From Oopsacas minuta (Eukaryota; Animalia; Porifera): a stretch of DNA of 64,000 nucleotides. Position 1 is the first letter of the stretch; each line of letters begins with the position of its first letter. Location of the stretch: assembly GCA_024704765.1 (NCBI GenBank), contig JAKMXF010000266.1, positions 496,001 through 560,000 of the forward strand, read 5' to 3'. A model generated the notes under the pieces. The model ran no database searches, was not told the origin of the DNA, and was given only the letters and a program-made list of their open reading frames with translations. This document shows, one piece after another, positions 62,421 through 64,000 of this stretch. A program made the translations under genes and the position numbers.

Positions 62421-63497
62421 TCATGTGAAGAAATCCACAACATCTTCCATTTCTCTATTTTTGGCCTCTTTATAAGCCCACCTCTCTTCCATTAGTCTGA
62501 CAGAATCTTTCCAATTTTCATGAAAAACTCGCTGCCCACAAGCAAGGCATTTCTTCCCTCCTTCAAACGGAGGAGTTTTCAAATATTGATCAATACACGA
62601 ATAATGGTAGAGATGAGAACAACATAAAACTCTAACGGGGTATAAAGGATCAGTAGATTCGTTTGAAAATATAGGATTAATTGGAAGAGACTCTAAATTA
62701 CAAATATGACAAATATCTGACACACTTTTCCTAAAACATTTATCAATTAAACATTCTGCTACAAGTTTCAGAGACGGACTCGGTTTAAACAGGACTCCTT
62801 TATCTGATTTCTTGGCTAACGGAGGGTTAACACAGGCTCTAGCTATCTCTGTAGCTTCTGCATTGAATATTTTACATAAATGAATTGGAATATTTGAGTT
62901 TCTTATCTGAACTCCAACTGCTTCAATAGGATAAGAATCAGGAATACTCAATTTAATTTCCAAAATATAATTTCCTCTTTTCAAAGAAATTATTAAACAA
63001 CCAGCCTTCAGGCGTTGTTTCAGTGTATCTGTTTTTGGATCAATCAAATATGATTTTACATAACTAAGCTCATCAGCACAAGCTGACAGAGGATTTTCTT
63101 GAAGGAATGTTCGAATAAAATAGCATATTTTATGAACATGTGCTTGACCTGTTAAATTATTAGCTTCTACATCGCATTTAGCTGCAAGGCCTTTGAGTAG
63201 AACAGGACTGATAGTTTTACTCTTTAGTTCTATCAAAACTGGATTCAATGGGTAACCCTGTGTAGGGAATTGAAATAGAATAGTTATCTGTTTACATTCA
63301 GTGCAGTATACGCGTACTTGGACCATTTCACGGTTACACGTGATAATAGTGTAACCATCTTTTACAAGGAGACGTTGATAAAGTTTATCTAACTCTTGAC
63401 GGATGAACTTTTCTGTGTTTTGATCTGAAGTATTTGTCTCGTCAATAGATTCTTCGTTATAATTATGTGAAGTATTAGGAGCTAACCTATCGGCCAT
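62421..63497 (-). CDS. RWD-like domains + C-terminal RING finger protein (putative E3 ligase), intronless
   Basis: Two RWD-like YP motifs (FPTQGYP, IPDSYP); RING-like CHIC...CCSHLYHYSC...CLAC; C-terminal ERWAYKEAKNREMEDVVDFF. Start taken at MADRL. Confidence 0.7.
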   Translation of the reverse strand: MADRLAPNTSHNYNEESIDETNTSDQNTEKFIRQELDKLYQRLLVKDGYTIITCNREMVQVRVYCTECKQITILFQFPTQGYPLNPVLIELKSKTISPVLLKGLAAKCDVEANNLTGQAHVHKICYFIRTFLQENPLSACADELSYVKSYLIDPKTDTLKQRLKAGCLIISLKRGNYILEIKLSIPDSYPIEAVGVQIRNSNIPIHLCKIFNAEATEIARACVNPPLAKKSDKGVLFKPSPSLKLVAECLIDKCFRKSVSDICHICNLESLPINPIFSNESTDPLYPVRVLCCSHLYHYSCIDQYLKTPPFEGGKKCLACGQRVFHENWKDSVRLMEERWAYKEAKNREMEDVVDFFT

Positions 63498-64000
63498 TCT
63501 AGACAACTGAAAAATGAGTTGAACGAAATTATTAGTTTCATACATGTATAGGAAATCACGGGATTTAAAATATAGTAAGTAATGCATTAGGATCGCTTAT
63601 TGTACCAAATCTTTTCATATTACAGAGATTTCAGATTAAGTAATACAAATGCTATGGGAGTGATGTTATTGCGGCATCAGGCTTGGTTCATGATAAGCGA
63701 CCCTGACTGTAGCAGAAACAAATGAATGTATAGATGTAACCAAATTAGCGTTCCACATTCCACCAAATTCACCATATTGAAACCTCGACACAGTATTCTG
63801 TCTCGTACCTTAACTGGTCGCAGAGGATCAATTGCCCTAACTCCATCCATATACTATGGCCTTACAAAAACTTGTTTAAATATTATGTACATATATACCA
63901 GTATGCAAATAAGTATATTTAAACATTAAACACGAATAAAAATCTACTACAAATGACGAGAAATTATAAACTAGACTTAAGCAGCTGTTTGGTGTATTTC

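Noticed and set aside
1-64000. rRNA, snRNA, intact tRNA, CRISPR or prokaryotic operon features
   Set aside because: None recognised; only a degenerate tRNA-like fragment near 50850-50918.

Overview
AT-rich, gene-dense eukaryotic (animal) DNA with GT-AG introns and many intronless genes. The compact layout and gene style suggest an early-branching animal such as a glass sponge; this is inference, not proven. I reconstructed about 20 protein-coding loci by hand-splicing: an ~11-PDZ scaffold, SMIM30-like, a ~19.5-kb LRRK-like ROCO gene, MRPL43, POLD2, an NHL-repeat gene, NDUFC2-like, SSBP1-like, Rab9 plus a decayed Rab9 paralog, a frameshifted secreted protein, GINS4, UBE2Q, WBP2-like GRAM, GRXCR-like, GOLGA2/GM130, two talin-head-like FERM genes, KIF9 and an RWD-RING protein. 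Helitron-like elements and several MITE families are also present. Highlights: (1) the LRRK-like gene has an intact ROC GTPase, an apparently dead kinase and a second, degenerate small-GTPase-like domain at its N-terminus, and hosts three antisense genes in its introns; (2) an inverted pair of rod-less talin-head-like FERM genes sits in one GM130 intron, homogenised except at the N-terminus and the basic F1 loop; (3) a secreted, membrane-anchored protein resembles a bacterial family. All homology calls come from motif recognition without database searches, and splice models are manual predictions.
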